From positions 191,151-255,150 of the forward strand of contig CAZVXT010000001.1 in NCBI GenBank assembly GCA_964631145.1: a stretch of DNA of 64,000 bases, read 5' to 3'. The notes beneath the pieces were generated by a model. The model searched no databases. It was not told the origin of the DNA and saw only the letters and a program-made list of their open reading frames with translations. Position numbers and translations under genes: made by a program. This DNA is from an uncultured Candidatus Saccharibacteria bacterium. Its GTDB lineage: Bacteria; Patescibacteriota; Doudnabacteria; UBA920. Shown here piece by piece: positions 39,314-48,770 of the stretch. Every line of letters begins with the position of its first letter. Position 1 is the first letter of the stretch.

Positions 39314-40778
39314 TTCCTAGTATTAAGATTAAGTCCACTTTGCTTGGATCAATTTTGATACCAGCTGGTGGTAGAGATACTTCCGTAGCGTTGAACTTTT
39401 TCTTAATCAGTTCTGCACTACTAGTTTTTTTGTTCACAATATAAATAAGATTTTGTTTTAGTTCTTTGCCCGTGTAGACTAGTTTGAAAACAGTCATTCC
39501 GTTTTTTTCTAACTCTGCTTTGGCTTTATTATAACCTTTTTGGGTTAAAGATGTATCTGCTATCCACACAGTTGGTTGTTCTGATTTGATGTTAGAATTG
39601 TCAAAGCTTTGCAAGAAAAAGTTTTTTACATCTTCACTTGTTTGTCCTTTACACAAACTAACCACAAATGCTCCGCTTTCTGGTAAGGTTTGTGGGCATA
39701 CAATTCCTGTGTCAGGATCTAGGCTTAATGAAGAAATTTGATCTTTGTTAATATCTTTTCCAAGGCTGTAAAGTCTAAGCATTTCGCCTGGACTCATATT
39801 AGTATGGAAATGATCTCCAACCACATCAAATAATTCATTAATTTTTTGAGCGTCAGTAATTAAGTTAAGATCTATAACTTTTTGCTTTACAGCTTGAATG
39901 ATTTGTTGTTGACGTTTGCCACGAGCATAGTCCGTACCTTCGTTACCGCTTGCATGTCTTGATCTTGCATAAATCAGTGCACGGCTACCATCCATGGTTT
40001 CAGTTCCTTCTTTAAAAGTGACAGCTGGTAGATAACCATCTTTGTCATTTGGGAAAGTATAGTCTGTAAATGTATTTTGAACTTCCACTGTAACTCCTCC
40101 TAATAGGTCTACTGTTTTCTTGAAGCCAGCAAAGTCGACAACTGCAAAATAGGGGATGTCTAAGCCAGACATTTTTTCTACGGTTTCAATTAGTTTATTA
40201 CCCGCTGCGTCATAACTTTTAGTACGGTCATATTCTTCTGCAAAAATTGCATTGATTTTTCTTTGACCAAACTCTTTTGTATTTGTTAGATAATCTCGGG
40301 GGATGGATGTCAGTACTGCCTGTTTTTGACCTGGTTTAATTTGAGCAACGATAATAGTGTCTGATAAATACGGACCATCATGTCCAGCTCCGCCAATACC
40401 GATTAATAACAAGTTAACTTGTCCAGAACTTTCGCCTTCGAGTTTGTTACCTAGCTGACTCCCAATAATATCTGTAAGTTTGTGATAGACATCGGTGTTG
40501 GTGCCGGTATAAATTTTACTTAAAAGATTGTTAGCGCGAACAAAAATAAAACCACCTAATCCTACAATGACAACAATTATCAAAACTAAAATTAATTTTA
40601 GCCATCGCCTTTTTGGTGGTTTGGGGATTTGAGGTTCTTCTATATCAGCTTTCTTTTTTAGAGGATTTGGCGTATCATTAATAATACTCGGTACTTCTCG
40701 TGATAAAAAGCCTTGAACAGGCTTTCTAGAAAAGTTGGATTTGTCTTCACTGCTAATTTTTGGTGATTTTTCAGACAT
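39297..40778 (-). CDS. LytR-CpsA-Psr (LCP) family cell-envelope polymer transferase
   Basis: N-terminal TM helix; LCP core motifs (LLLIGIGGAGHDGPYLSDTIIVAQI..., LTSIPRDY). Confidence 0.8.
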   Translation of the reverse strand: MSEKSPKISSEDKSNFSRKPVQGFLSREVPSIINDTPNPLKKKADIEEPQIPKPPKRRWLKLILVLIIVVIVGLGGFIFVRANNLLSKIYTGTNTDVYHKLTDIIGSQLGNKLEGESSGQVNLLLIGIGGAGHDGPYLSDTIIVAQIKPGQKQAVLTSIPRDYLTNTKEFGQRKINAIFAEEYDRTKSYDAAGNKLIETVEKMSGLDIPYFAVVDFAGFKKTVDLLGGVTVEVQNTFTDYTFPNDKDGYLPAVTFKEGTETMDGSRALIYARSRHASGNEGTDYARGKRQQQIIQAVKQKVIDLNLITDAQKINELFDVVGDHFHTNMSPGEMLRLYSLGKDINKDQISSLSLDPDTGIVCPQTLPESGAFVVSLCKGQTSEDVKNFFLQSFDNSNIKSEQPTVWIADTSLTQKGYNKAKAELEKNGMTVFKLVYTGKELKQNLIYIVNKKTSSAELIKKKFNATEVSLPPAGIKIDPSKVDLILILGNDQSS

Positions 40779-40951
40779 AAATATTTGGACTAAAAGTTTA
40801 AAACTAGAAATTTGAATCTAAAATTATACTTGTCTATTATACCGACTTTTTATGTTACGAGCAAAAAGTTGTAAGTTTTGCTAAAATACTTGCACAGCTT
40901 ATTACCCAGTGTTATATTGGGTATGTTATTCATTTTTAAAATCAAAATTAA

Positions 40952-41557
40952 ATGTCTTCACAATCAATACAAATCGAACCTGATACAACTCCAGAAAATG
41001 AACCTACTAGTCAATCATTTTTATGGGATTTAACCAAAATGGTGGTATTAGCTTTTGCCTTAATGATTGGTTTTCGTATCTTTATAGCAGAGCCTTTTAT
41101 TGTATCTGGGTCTTCGATGGTTCCAAATTTTCATAATAAAGAGTATTTAGTAGTCGACAAATTAAGTTATAAGTTTAGTGATCCAAAAAGAGGCGATGTA
41201 ATTGTGTTTCATTACCCAAAGGATACTTCACAATACTTTATAAAAAGAATTATAGGACTTCCAGGAGAAAAAGTTAAAGTAGATAATGGCAAGGTGATTA
41301 TTTATAATTCAGAAAATCCAGACGGTAAAACTTTGAACGAACCTTATTTACCAAATCAAGATGTTACTTTCGGCAAAGATGGTGTGGTTGCATTGGGAGA
41401 TAATGAATATTTTGTACTAGGTGATAACAGACTTGCTTCTAGTGATTCAAGAGTGTGGGGAATTTTACCTAAGCATGATTTTGTTGGTAAAGCGTGGCTA
41501 AGAGCTTTGCCTATAAATTCTTTCGGATTACTTAGTTTCCCTCAGCCCTCATTTTAA
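40952..41557 (+). CDS. lepB: Signal peptidase I
   Basis: SGSSMVPNF (Ser box), KRIIGLPGE (Lys box), GDNRLASSDSRVWG. Confidence 0.85.
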   Translation: MSSQSIQIEPDTTPENEPTSQSFLWDLTKMVVLAFALMIGFRIFIAEPFIVSGSSMVPNFHNKEYLVVDKLSYKFSDPKRGDVIVFHYPKDTSQYFIKRIIGLPGEKVKVDNGKVIIYNSENPDGKTLNEPYLPNQDVTFGKDGVVALGDNEYFVLGDNRLASSDSRVWGILPKHDFVGKAWLRALPINSFGLLSFPQPSF

Positions 41558-41581
41558 TAAATTATTCGACTGTTTGGTTAC

Positions 41582-42862
41582 ATGTCTAAAACTGCAAAAA
41601 AAACATTAGGGGGGCAAAAGCCTGGAAATATCTATGGTGTAAAAGAAGTTGTAACGCAATCTAATAATAATTTGCGTCAAATTTCTGATCAGTTGCATGG
41701 ACTTGCAAAGTCTTTTGGCTTTTTGTCGGTGCATATTCCATTGGTAGAAGATGAGAAGACTTATACAGATTATTACAAACATCAAAACGCTAATCTAAAT
41801 CAATTGGTTGGCGTAAATATTGGTGGTAAGTATTTTTCTTTGCCTTACGAGGTTTTACCTTCTTTATTTAGATACTATTCACAATTTAAGTTGTTTGAAG
41901 AAAGCCCGATGGCAAAATGGTTTTATTTTGAGAATGTTCTTTCTCAAGATGAACGCGCTGTAGTTTCTGCGGACTTTCAATATGGATTTGAAGTATTAGG
42001 TAACTTTAATCACTTAGCAGAAGCTCAGGTTATTAGCGCTGTATGGGAATTTTATAAGCGCCTAGAATTGCCTAACTTGGAATTGCATATCAATATGGCT
42101 GGTGATGCAGGGGTTCAGTCCAGTTATCAAAATGTATTAAAAGATTTTTTAAAACAAAAAGCTTTTGATTTGTGCGATGATTGCAATCAGAAAATTCCAG
42201 TATCAATTACAGAGTGTTTGATGTGTTCTAATTTGGATTGTCAGTTAGTTTTAGCGGAAGCTCCGTCGGTATTGGATTATTTAGACGAATCTTCAAAAGC
42301 CCATTTTACAAATATCCTAGAGGCTTTGGATGAATTGTCTATACCGTATCAACTCAATCCTTTATATTTTGGTAAATCAGGATCTAGTCATACTAACTTT
42401 ATGATTCGTTCTGTTGGCGAATCTTCTTCAGTGATTCTTGGTGAAGGTTCTTATCATAACCAGTTGTTAAAACAAGTTCATGGCAAACCATTGCCTGCGT
42501 TTGGATATAAAGCTCAGCTATCAACCCTCTTAAATTATTTACAAAGCTTAGAAATTGCCCAGCCTTTAAGCTATCATGAAGTCTTCTTGGTTCCTTTGGG
42601 TGAGATGGCTGCTAAAAAGAGCTTGCGTCTGTTTAGAGATTTGGTTAACGAACAAATTACTGTTCATGATCATTTTGGAACAGAAGGTGTAAAGAATCAA
42701 TTAAAAATGGCTACTGACCATAAAGCACCTGTTGCTTTAATAATGGGACATAAAGAAGCAATGGATGATGTGGTAATACTTCGTGATGTGAAAAGTGGTA
42801 TGCAAGAAGTGTTTCCATTTGATAAAATTATAGATGAAGTAAAAAAACGTTTAGGAAAATAA
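41582..42862 (+). CDS. Histidyl-tRNA synthetase-like paralog (HisZ-like), catalytically degenerate, with an inserted Cys4 Zn-ribbon and a C-terminal anticodon-binding-like domain
   Basis: Collinear with HisRS (insertion domain ...LDYLDESSKAHF... vs E. coli ...GDYLDEESREHF...). Motif 2 is degenerate (no Arg), and motif 3 GGGRYDGL is replaced by GEGSYHNQL. Has an extra CDDC...C...CSNLDC. The canonical HisRS is at 47439. Confidence 0.55.
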   Translation: MSKTAKKTLGGQKPGNIYGVKEVVTQSNNNLRQISDQLHGLAKSFGFLSVHIPLVEDEKTYTDYYKHQNANLNQLVGVNIGGKYFSLPYEVLPSLFRYYSQFKLFEESPMAKWFYFENVLSQDERAVVSADFQYGFEVLGNFNHLAEAQVISAVWEFYKRLELPNLELHINMAGDAGVQSSYQNVLKDFLKQKAFDLCDDCNQKIPVSITECLMCSNLDCQLVLAEAPSVLDYLDESSKAHFTNILEALDELSIPYQLNPLYFGKSGSSHTNFMIRSVGESSSVILGEGSYHNQLLKQVHGKPLPAFGYKAQLSTLLNYLQSLEIAQPLSYHEVFLVPLGEMAAKKSLRLFRDLVNEQITVHDHFGTEGVKNQLKMATDHKAPVALIMGHKEAMDDVVILRDVKSGMQEVFPFDKIIDEVKKRLGK

Positions 42863-42877
42863 TTATAAAATAAATAT

Positions 42878-43219
42878 ATGCAAAGCCAAGAGTGTGTTTT
42901 TTGTAGTATTGCAAACAAAACATTAGCTTCAGAAATTTTATTTGAAAATGATGATGTTATTGTGATTCGCGATATAATGCCTAAAGCACCAGTACATTTA
43001 TTGGTCATGCCAAAACAGCATGTCGAATCTATAAATCATTTACAAAGAGATCAACAGGCTCTAATTAGTGAAATTATTTTTACTGCTAAGGAGCAAGCAA
43101 TGGCAGCCGGGGTCGGGGAATCTGGATACAAGCTGGTGTTTAATGTAGGTAAAGATGGTGGTCAAGTTATACCTCATTTGCATCTTCATGTTTTGGGCGG
43201 TAAACATATGGAAGCTTAA
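42878..43219 (+). CDS. HIT family protein (Hint-like nucleotide hydrolase)
   Basis: Histidine triad HLHLHVLGG; 113 aa. TAAAAT lies 6 nt before the ATG (leaderless geometry). Confidence 0.85.
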   Translation: MQSQECVFCSIANKTLASEILFENDDVIVIRDIMPKAPVHLLVMPKQHVESINHLQRDQQALISEIIFTAKEQAMAAGVGESGYKLVFNVGKDGGQVIPHLHLHVLGGKHMEA

Positions 43220-43238
43220 TTTAAAAAGATTGAACATA

Positions 43239-43270
43239 AAAACTAGTATCAAATACTAGTTTTTATATTT
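43239..43270 (+). terminator. Rho-independent terminator
   Basis: AAAACTAGTAT-caa-ATACTAGTTTT followed by a T-rich stretch. Confidence 0.65.
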
Positions 43271-43415
43271 TTATTGCAGTATGTTTTTGTGCTATACCTT
43301 TAGCATTTATGTTTTCGCTAGTTCTAGCTCTATAAATTTTCTTAAATTATGGATCTGTGGAGACGCTTCAAGTATAAATGTTAAAGGTTTATTTTAAACC
43401 ATAAATTAATAAGAT

Positions 43416-43444
43416 TTGACTAAAATGAAAATCTTTCGTAAAAT
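43416..43444 (+). promoter_or_regulatory. Sigma-70-like promoter (TTGACT, 17 bp, TAAAAT) upstream of rpsU
   Basis: Near-consensus hexamers with a 17-bp spacer, ~100 nt upstream of rpsU. Confidence 0.55.
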
Positions 43445-43551
43445 GATTATATAGATAGGTCGAAATGCAAGATCAGTCTTGTATTAGTTATTTCTTTGTT
43501 AATAAAGATTAATCATTTAATCTATACATATTTGAAAAGAGGTGAGTACTT

Positions 43552-43788
43552 TTGGTAGAAGTAAAAAGAAAAGAATCAGAATCTTTTGAAAATTTGTTAA
43601 GACGTTTTAACCGCAGAATACAACAAAGCGGTGTTTTGGTGCGTGCTCGTAAAACTCGTTTTTTTGAACCAACTAAAAGCCGTAACTTACAACGCAGTAC
43701 TGCTATTAGACGTGGACAACTTCGCGAACTACGCGAAGAATTGAAGCGTTTAGGCAAACCTGTAAAAAATTTCAAAGCAAAAAAATAA
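43552..43788 (+). CDS. rpsU: 30S ribosomal protein S21 (TTG start)
   Basis: Basic 78-aa protein; LRRFNRRIQQSGVLVRARKTRFFEPTKSRNLQRSTAIRR matches the S21 family. AGAGGTGA SD. Confidence 0.8.
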   Translation: MVEVKRKESESFENLLRRFNRRIQQSGVLVRARKTRFFEPTKSRNLQRSTAIRRGQLRELREELKRLGKPVKNFKAKK

Positions 43789-43805
43789 CTAATTTTTGAC
43801 CTTAC

Positions 43806-44249
43806 ATGGAACTATCATTATCAGCTATAGAAACAGAATTAACCTCTGCTTTAAAATCTCGTGATCAAATTAAAGCAGATGTTTTGCGTGCTTTAAAAAC
43901 CAGAGTGCAAAACTTCAAAATTGAAAAGCAATCTGATCTGTCATCAGAAGATATTATTTCTTTAGTCAAATCAGAAATAAAAAAGCGCAAAGATTCTATT
44001 GAAATGTATTCTAACGCTGGTAGACAAGACTCTGCAGACAAGGAGCAGCAAGAAGTTAATGTCTTGCAAGTGTTTTTACCTGAGCAGGTAGATGAAGAAA
44101 CTTTATCATTAGCTATTGATACATTTATTGCTGACAACAATTGGACTAAGTCTGAATTTGGACCTGCGATGTCTAAGCTTAAAGAGCATTTTGGAGCCAG
44201 TGCTGATGGTGCTATGATTGCTAAATTACTTAAAGCAAAACTGGGTTAA
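43806..44249 (+). CDS. GatB/YqeY domain-containing protein
   Basis: 147 aa with a YqeY-like helical architecture; conserved rpsU-yqeY synteny. Confidence 0.75.
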   Translation: MELSLSAIETELTSALKSRDQIKADVLRALKTRVQNFKIEKQSDLSSEDIISLVKSEIKKRKDSIEMYSNAGRQDSADKEQQEVNVLQVFLPEQVDEETLSLAIDTFIADNNWTKSEFGPAMSKLKEHFGASADGAMIAKLLKAKLG

Positions 44250-44279
44250 ATTTTATTTTTAAAATAAAAATAAATTTTC

Positions 44280-45521
44280 ATGAAAGAACAATACGTTGTC
44301 GGTCTAGATATCGGCACACATACAATTCGGGTTGTTCAAGCAAAAATAGAAGAAAATGGTGGTTTGAACATTATCGGTGCTAGCAATGTGCCAGCCAGCG
44401 GTCTTCGACGTGGGGTAATTGTTGATATTGACGAAACTGTTTCGTCAATATCAGCAGCCCTCGAAAGAGTAGAGCGTATGACCGGTGTTCCTGTACATTC
44501 TGTAAGCGTGTCAGTTGGCGGTAATCACATAACATGCTTAGATTCTAAAGGTGTTATAGCTGTATCTAGAGCAGATGGTGAAATTAGTGATAGCGATGTG
44601 TTGCGTGTTATTGATGCTTCACAGGCTATTTCTATTCCGCCAAACCGGGAGGTCTTGCACGTTATACCAAAAACTTTTACTTTAGATGGACAAACCGGAA
44701 TTAAAGACCCTCTAGGTATGACCGGTATTAGGTTAGAGGTGGAAACTGTGATAATTCACGGTGCAACTCCATTTTTGAAGAACTTGCAAAAAGCAATTTT
44801 ACAAGCTGGATTAGAAATTGATCATTTAGTTTTGAGTCCATTAGCTGCGAGTACGGCTGTGCTTTCTAAACGACAAAAAGAGTTGGGTGTAGCGTTGCTC
44901 GATTTGGGTGCTGGTACTACTAGCTTGGCAGTGTTCGAAGAAAATAATTTATTGCACGCAGGAATTATCCCAGTCGGTTCTATGCATATCACCAACGACC
45001 TCGCAATCGGACTTAGATCTACTATTGAATCTGCAGAAAAAGTTAAATTGATGTATGGAAGTGCAAGCAGTAAGTTGATGGATAAACTTGCAGAAGTAGA
45101 TATGAGTAAAATTGATCCTGAAGAAGAAACCAGAATTCCACAAACTATGGTTGGCGATATTATTGAAGCTCGCTTAGAAGAAATTTTTGACCTTGCTGTA
45201 AAAGAGTTAAAATTAATTGACCGTGATGGTAAGTTGCCCGCTGGGATTGTTTTAACTGGCGGTGGTGCTAGTATGCCAGGTGTAGTAGAGTATGCTAAGC
45301 ATAGATTTAGACTCCCTGTTGTTGTTGGGCAGCCGATTGAGATAAATACAGTTATTGATCAAGTTATCGAGCCAAGCTTTGCAACAGCTGTTGGGTTAGT
45401 TGAATGGGGTAAACAAAATTCGACTTTTTCAGGACCTGGGATTTTAAATTCTGTGTCTGGCTTGCTTCAAAACAACTATATGGTAAAATTAAACAAGTGG
45501 TTTAGGTCATTTATGCCTTAG
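44280..45521 (+). CDS. ftsA: Cell division protein FtsA
   Basis: Actin-like ATPase (VGLDIGTHTIRVV; DLGAGTTSLAVF; LTGGGA); located upstream of ftsZ. Confidence 0.85.
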   Translation: MKEQYVVGLDIGTHTIRVVQAKIEENGGLNIIGASNVPASGLRRGVIVDIDETVSSISAALERVERMTGVPVHSVSVSVGGNHITCLDSKGVIAVSRADGEISDSDVLRVIDASQAISIPPNREVLHVIPKTFTLDGQTGIKDPLGMTGIRLEVETVIIHGATPFLKNLQKAILQAGLEIDHLVLSPLAASTAVLSKRQKELGVALLDLGAGTTSLAVFEENNLLHAGIIPVGSMHITNDLAIGLRSTIESAEKVKLMYGSASSKLMDKLAEVDMSKIDPEEETRIPQTMVGDIIEARLEEIFDLAVKELKLIDRDGKLPAGIVLTGGGASMPGVVEYAKHRFRLPVVVGQPIEINTVIDQVIEPSFATAVGLVEWGKQNSTFSGPGILNSVSGLLQNNYMVKLNKWFRSFMP

Positions 45522-45679
45522 ACCTTAAATATCAAAGCAATTGCTACGATAATATATTACAAAACAAAATTTCTAAAACGCAAAATAACAATTGACACTC
45601 AGATACTCTGGTAATGTTTAGGTATTGGTTGTTGTTTTGCGTTTTGTTTTTTGCTAAATTGGGATAAAATGTAATCAAG

Positions 45680-46864
45680 ATGAAAAAAAATATGGAAGTT
45701 AAACCAAAAATTGAAAGCTTTGCTCGAATCAAAGTTCTTGGGGTAGGTGGATCTGGTACATCCGCTGTTAATCGTATGTCAGAAATGGGTATTAAGGGAG
45801 TTGAATTTGTCTCTATTAATACTGACGCACAAGCTTTACATAATAACAAATCAGACCGTAAGGTTCATATAGGAAAAAGTCTTACCAAAGGACTTGGTTC
45901 TGGTATGAATCCAGAATTAGGTAGACAGTCTGCAGAAGAATCACAATCAGAAATTGAAGAAACAGTATCAAACGCTGATATGGTGTTTATAACTTGTGGT
46001 CTTGGTGGTGGAACTGGTACTGGTGCTGCTCCGGTCGTAGCTGAACTTTGTAAGAATAGAGACATTCTTACTATTGCTGTTGTAACAAAACCATTTACCT
46101 TTGAAGGAAGTAAGCGTCGAGAAATTGCAGAAGCTGGTTACGAAAACTTAAAAGACAAAGTCGATGCCATTATTTCTATTCAGAATGACAGAATTTTGCA
46201 AATCATAGATAAGAAAACTTCTTTAGTAGATGCTTTTAAAACAGTAGATGAAGTATTGCGCCAAGGTATTGCTGGTATTTCTGATCTTATTACGACTCAC
46301 GGTGTAGTAAATGCTGACTTTGCCGATGTTCGTACTATTATGCATGATGCTGGCACAGCTATGATGGGTATTGGTTCTGCAAGTGGTGAAAATCGTGCAG
46401 AAGTAGCTGCTAAGGCTGCAGTTAATTCTCCGTTATTAGATATGACTATTGATGGTGCACAAGGTGTATTGTTTAATATTACTGGTAGCTCTGATATTGG
46501 AATGTTTGAAATCGATGAGGCGGCAAAAGTTATTACCAAAAACGTTGACCCAGAAGCAAAAGTTAAATTTGGTACTGTTATTGACGATAGTATGGGCGAT
46601 GAAATTAGAATTACTGTTATTGCTACAGGATTTGATGAACACAATAAACGTTCTGCTCCAATTAGCTTTGCGCCAATTAACAATGATGAATCTCCGCGCT
46701 CGTCTTCAATGTCTACTAGGCAGCCTATTGTAGAAGAGGAGCCTGTTCAAGAAGTTCGTAGACCATTATTTAGTCCAAAACCTGTTGAGCCAGTACCAAT
46801 GCAAAATACAGATGATGAAGATGAGTTAGATATCCCAGCTTTTATTAGAAAAAAAATGAAGTAA
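45680..46864 (+). CDS. ftsZ: Cell division protein FtsZ
   Basis: Tubulin signature GGGTGTGAAPVVAE, T7 loop, and a C-terminal conserved peptide (DIPAFIRKK). Confidence 0.97.
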   Translation: MKKNMEVKPKIESFARIKVLGVGGSGTSAVNRMSEMGIKGVEFVSINTDAQALHNNKSDRKVHIGKSLTKGLGSGMNPELGRQSAEESQSEIEETVSNADMVFITCGLGGGTGTGAAPVVAELCKNRDILTIAVVTKPFTFEGSKRREIAEAGYENLKDKVDAIISIQNDRILQIIDKKTSLVDAFKTVDEVLRQGIAGISDLITTHGVVNADFADVRTIMHDAGTAMMGIGSASGENRAEVAAKAAVNSPLLDMTIDGAQGVLFNITGSSDIGMFEIDEAAKVITKNVDPEAKVKFGTVIDDSMGDEIRITVIATGFDEHNKRSAPISFAPINNDESPRSSSMSTRQPIVEEEPVQEVRRPLFSPKPVEPVPMQNTDDEDELDIPAFIRKKMK

Positions 46865-46884
46865 GTAATTTACTTAAATAAAAA

Positions 46885-46908
46885 AACCGCTATTGCGGTT
46901 TTTTTATA
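46885..46908. terminator. Bidirectional terminator after ftsZ (+) and the PNPOx-like pseudogene (-)
   Basis: AACCGC-tatt-GCGGTT flanked by A7 and T6. Confidence 0.7.
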
Positions 46909-46920
46909 TTTGCCCTATAA

Positions 46921-47349
46921 TCATAATTCCCATATTTCTTGTGGGTTTGTAGAAAGATTTGAGTAGCGAATCCATGTTGGTGTAATCAGAAAATATTGTT
47001 GATTTAAATTATTTCGGAATTTTTCCGAGGAAGGGTTTTTAGCACAATGAATATTTTCAATTTCTGTTCGCTTTTCTGATGTCGCTAGTTCTGCAATTCC
47101 TTCAATTTGCATAGTTTGTTTTTTGTTATTATCCCAACCTATAACCACCGATAGATGTGGGTTGGAAATTATATTAGACTATTTTCTGTTTTGTTTAAAC
47201 GTGCCAAAAATTAGTTTTAGGTCCGGGGTATGAGAAATTGCTACTACTGCAGATTCCGGCGATCTATTAGCAATAGAATTTGTAGCAATAACACCAAATT
47301 CATTTTCGTCTAATATTTGTACAATTTTAGATAGCTGTATATTATTCAT
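46921..47349 (-). pseudogene. Pyridoxamine 5'-phosphate oxidase-like FMN-binding protein (general stress protein 26 family) interrupted by an in-frame TAG at 47181..47179
   Basis: Single frame MNNIQLSKIVQILDENEFGVIATNS...IFGTFKQNRK*SNIISNPHLSVVIGWDNN... The two halves align collinearly to the PNPOx-like fold (GVLAT...; NP.VSL). TATATT lies 6 nt before the ATG. Confidence 0.5.
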
Positions 47350-47438
47350 ACTTTTAATATATCAAAAACCTTTAGTTTTATAAATAAATTATGAAAATGA
47401 TACTTTTTTGTTTTCAAAAAACCATGTAAAATATATTT

Positions 47439-48734
47439 ATGGGAATAATTGAACCAAGGCTTTTAAAAGGTTTTCGTGATTACGATAACGAGCAGCAATT
47501 AGCAAGACAGTACTTGTTTTCTAAAATAATGAGAGTATTTGAATCTCATAGTTTTTTGCCTTTATCTACTCCAGTGTTGGAATATAAAGAAATCTTGATG
47601 GGTAAGTATGGGGATGATGAAAAATTGGTTTATACCTTTAAGGATATGGGTGATCGCGATGTTGCAATGAGATATGATTTAACTGTGCCAATGGCAAGGT
47701 ATGTAGCGCAAAATCAAGGGCGTTTAACTTTTCCATTTAAGCGTTACCAAATAGCACTTGCTTGGCGCGGCGATAATACTCAACGTGGAAGGCTCCGTGA
47801 ATTTAATCAATGTGACGTAGATATTGTGGGGTCAAATTCTTTATTAGCTGATGCGGATGCTATAGCTTGTGTATGTCAGGCATATGAAGAAATTGGTGTG
47901 ACTAATTTCGTATTGCGGATCAATGACAGACACATGTTTGATATTTTTAAACTCCTAGTAAATGATGAAGAGTCTTTACGCGGCATAGTTAGATCTTTAG
48001 ATAAGGTGGATAAAATTGGAATTGACGGCGTGGTTAATGATTTGATGTCCAAAGGTTTTAAAGAGGGTGTTCTGGGTTTGGCAAAAAAATATTTGTCTGC
48101 CGGAAAGGGTCTTGAGGTTCTTAAAAATATGCCTAAAGAATTTGGGGAAGTATTGTCAGAACCAGTTAATTCTTTATTAAAAATTTTTGAGTATTTGCAA
48201 GCAATGGGTGTGGACTTGAATAAGGTTTTGTTTGATCCAAGTATTGCACGGGGTCAAGATTATTATACTGGAGTAATTTTTGAGTGGTATTTGCAAGATA
48301 ATTTGGGGTTTGGTTCGATTGGTTCTGGTGGTCGTTATGATGGCTTGCTGGATCAATTTTCTAAGCAAGGACTATCTGCGGTAGGGGCAAGTATAGGCGT
48401 TGATAGATTGTTTGAGTATTTAGAAGATAATAATCTGCTTCCTCAGGTATTAAATAATAGAGTATTAATTATTAATAATGACGTTCAAGATATTGATTTG
48501 TATTTGCAACTAGCAACAGAATTGCGCAAAAATAATATTCCAGTCGAAGTGTTTTATGATCAATCGAAATTTGATAAGCAGTTTAAATATGCTGATCATA
48601 AAAAATTTAACTTTGCCATTATAATTGGCGAGGATGAAAAGAAATCCAACACTGTAACTATTAAAACCTTATCTACCCGAGAGCAGGTAACTATCCCGAG
48701 AGGTGATTTGGTAAAGTATTTTATTAGTTTGTAA
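47439..48734 (+). CDS. hisS: Histidine--tRNA ligase (canonical)
   Basis: Class II motifs: LKGFRDY; motif 2 AWRGDNTQRGRLREFNQCDVDIVG; motif 3 GSGGRYDGL; C-terminal anticodon-binding domain. TAAAAT lies 6 nt before the ATG. Confidence 0.85.
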   Translation: MGIIEPRLLKGFRDYDNEQQLARQYLFSKIMRVFESHSFLPLSTPVLEYKEILMGKYGDDEKLVYTFKDMGDRDVAMRYDLTVPMARYVAQNQGRLTFPFKRYQIALAWRGDNTQRGRLREFNQCDVDIVGSNSLLADADAIACVCQAYEEIGVTNFVLRINDRHMFDIFKLLVNDEESLRGIVRSLDKVDKIGIDGVVNDLMSKGFKEGVLGLAKKYLSAGKGLEVLKNMPKEFGEVLSEPVNSLLKIFEYLQAMGVDLNKVLFDPSIARGQDYYTGVIFEWYLQDNLGFGSIGSGGRYDGLLDQFSKQGLSAVGASIGVDRLFEYLEDNNLLPQVLNNRVLIINNDVQDIDLYLQLATELRKNNIPVEVFYDQSKFDKQFKYADHKKFNFAIIIGEDEKKSNTVTIKTLSTREQVTIPRGDLVKYFISL

Positions 48735-48770
48735 TTTATCTAAATTTTAACGAGCGCTTGCTAAGCTTAA

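Noticed and set aside
46297-46733. ORFs on both strands inside ftsZ
   Set aside because: They are antisense or out of frame relative to ftsZ.
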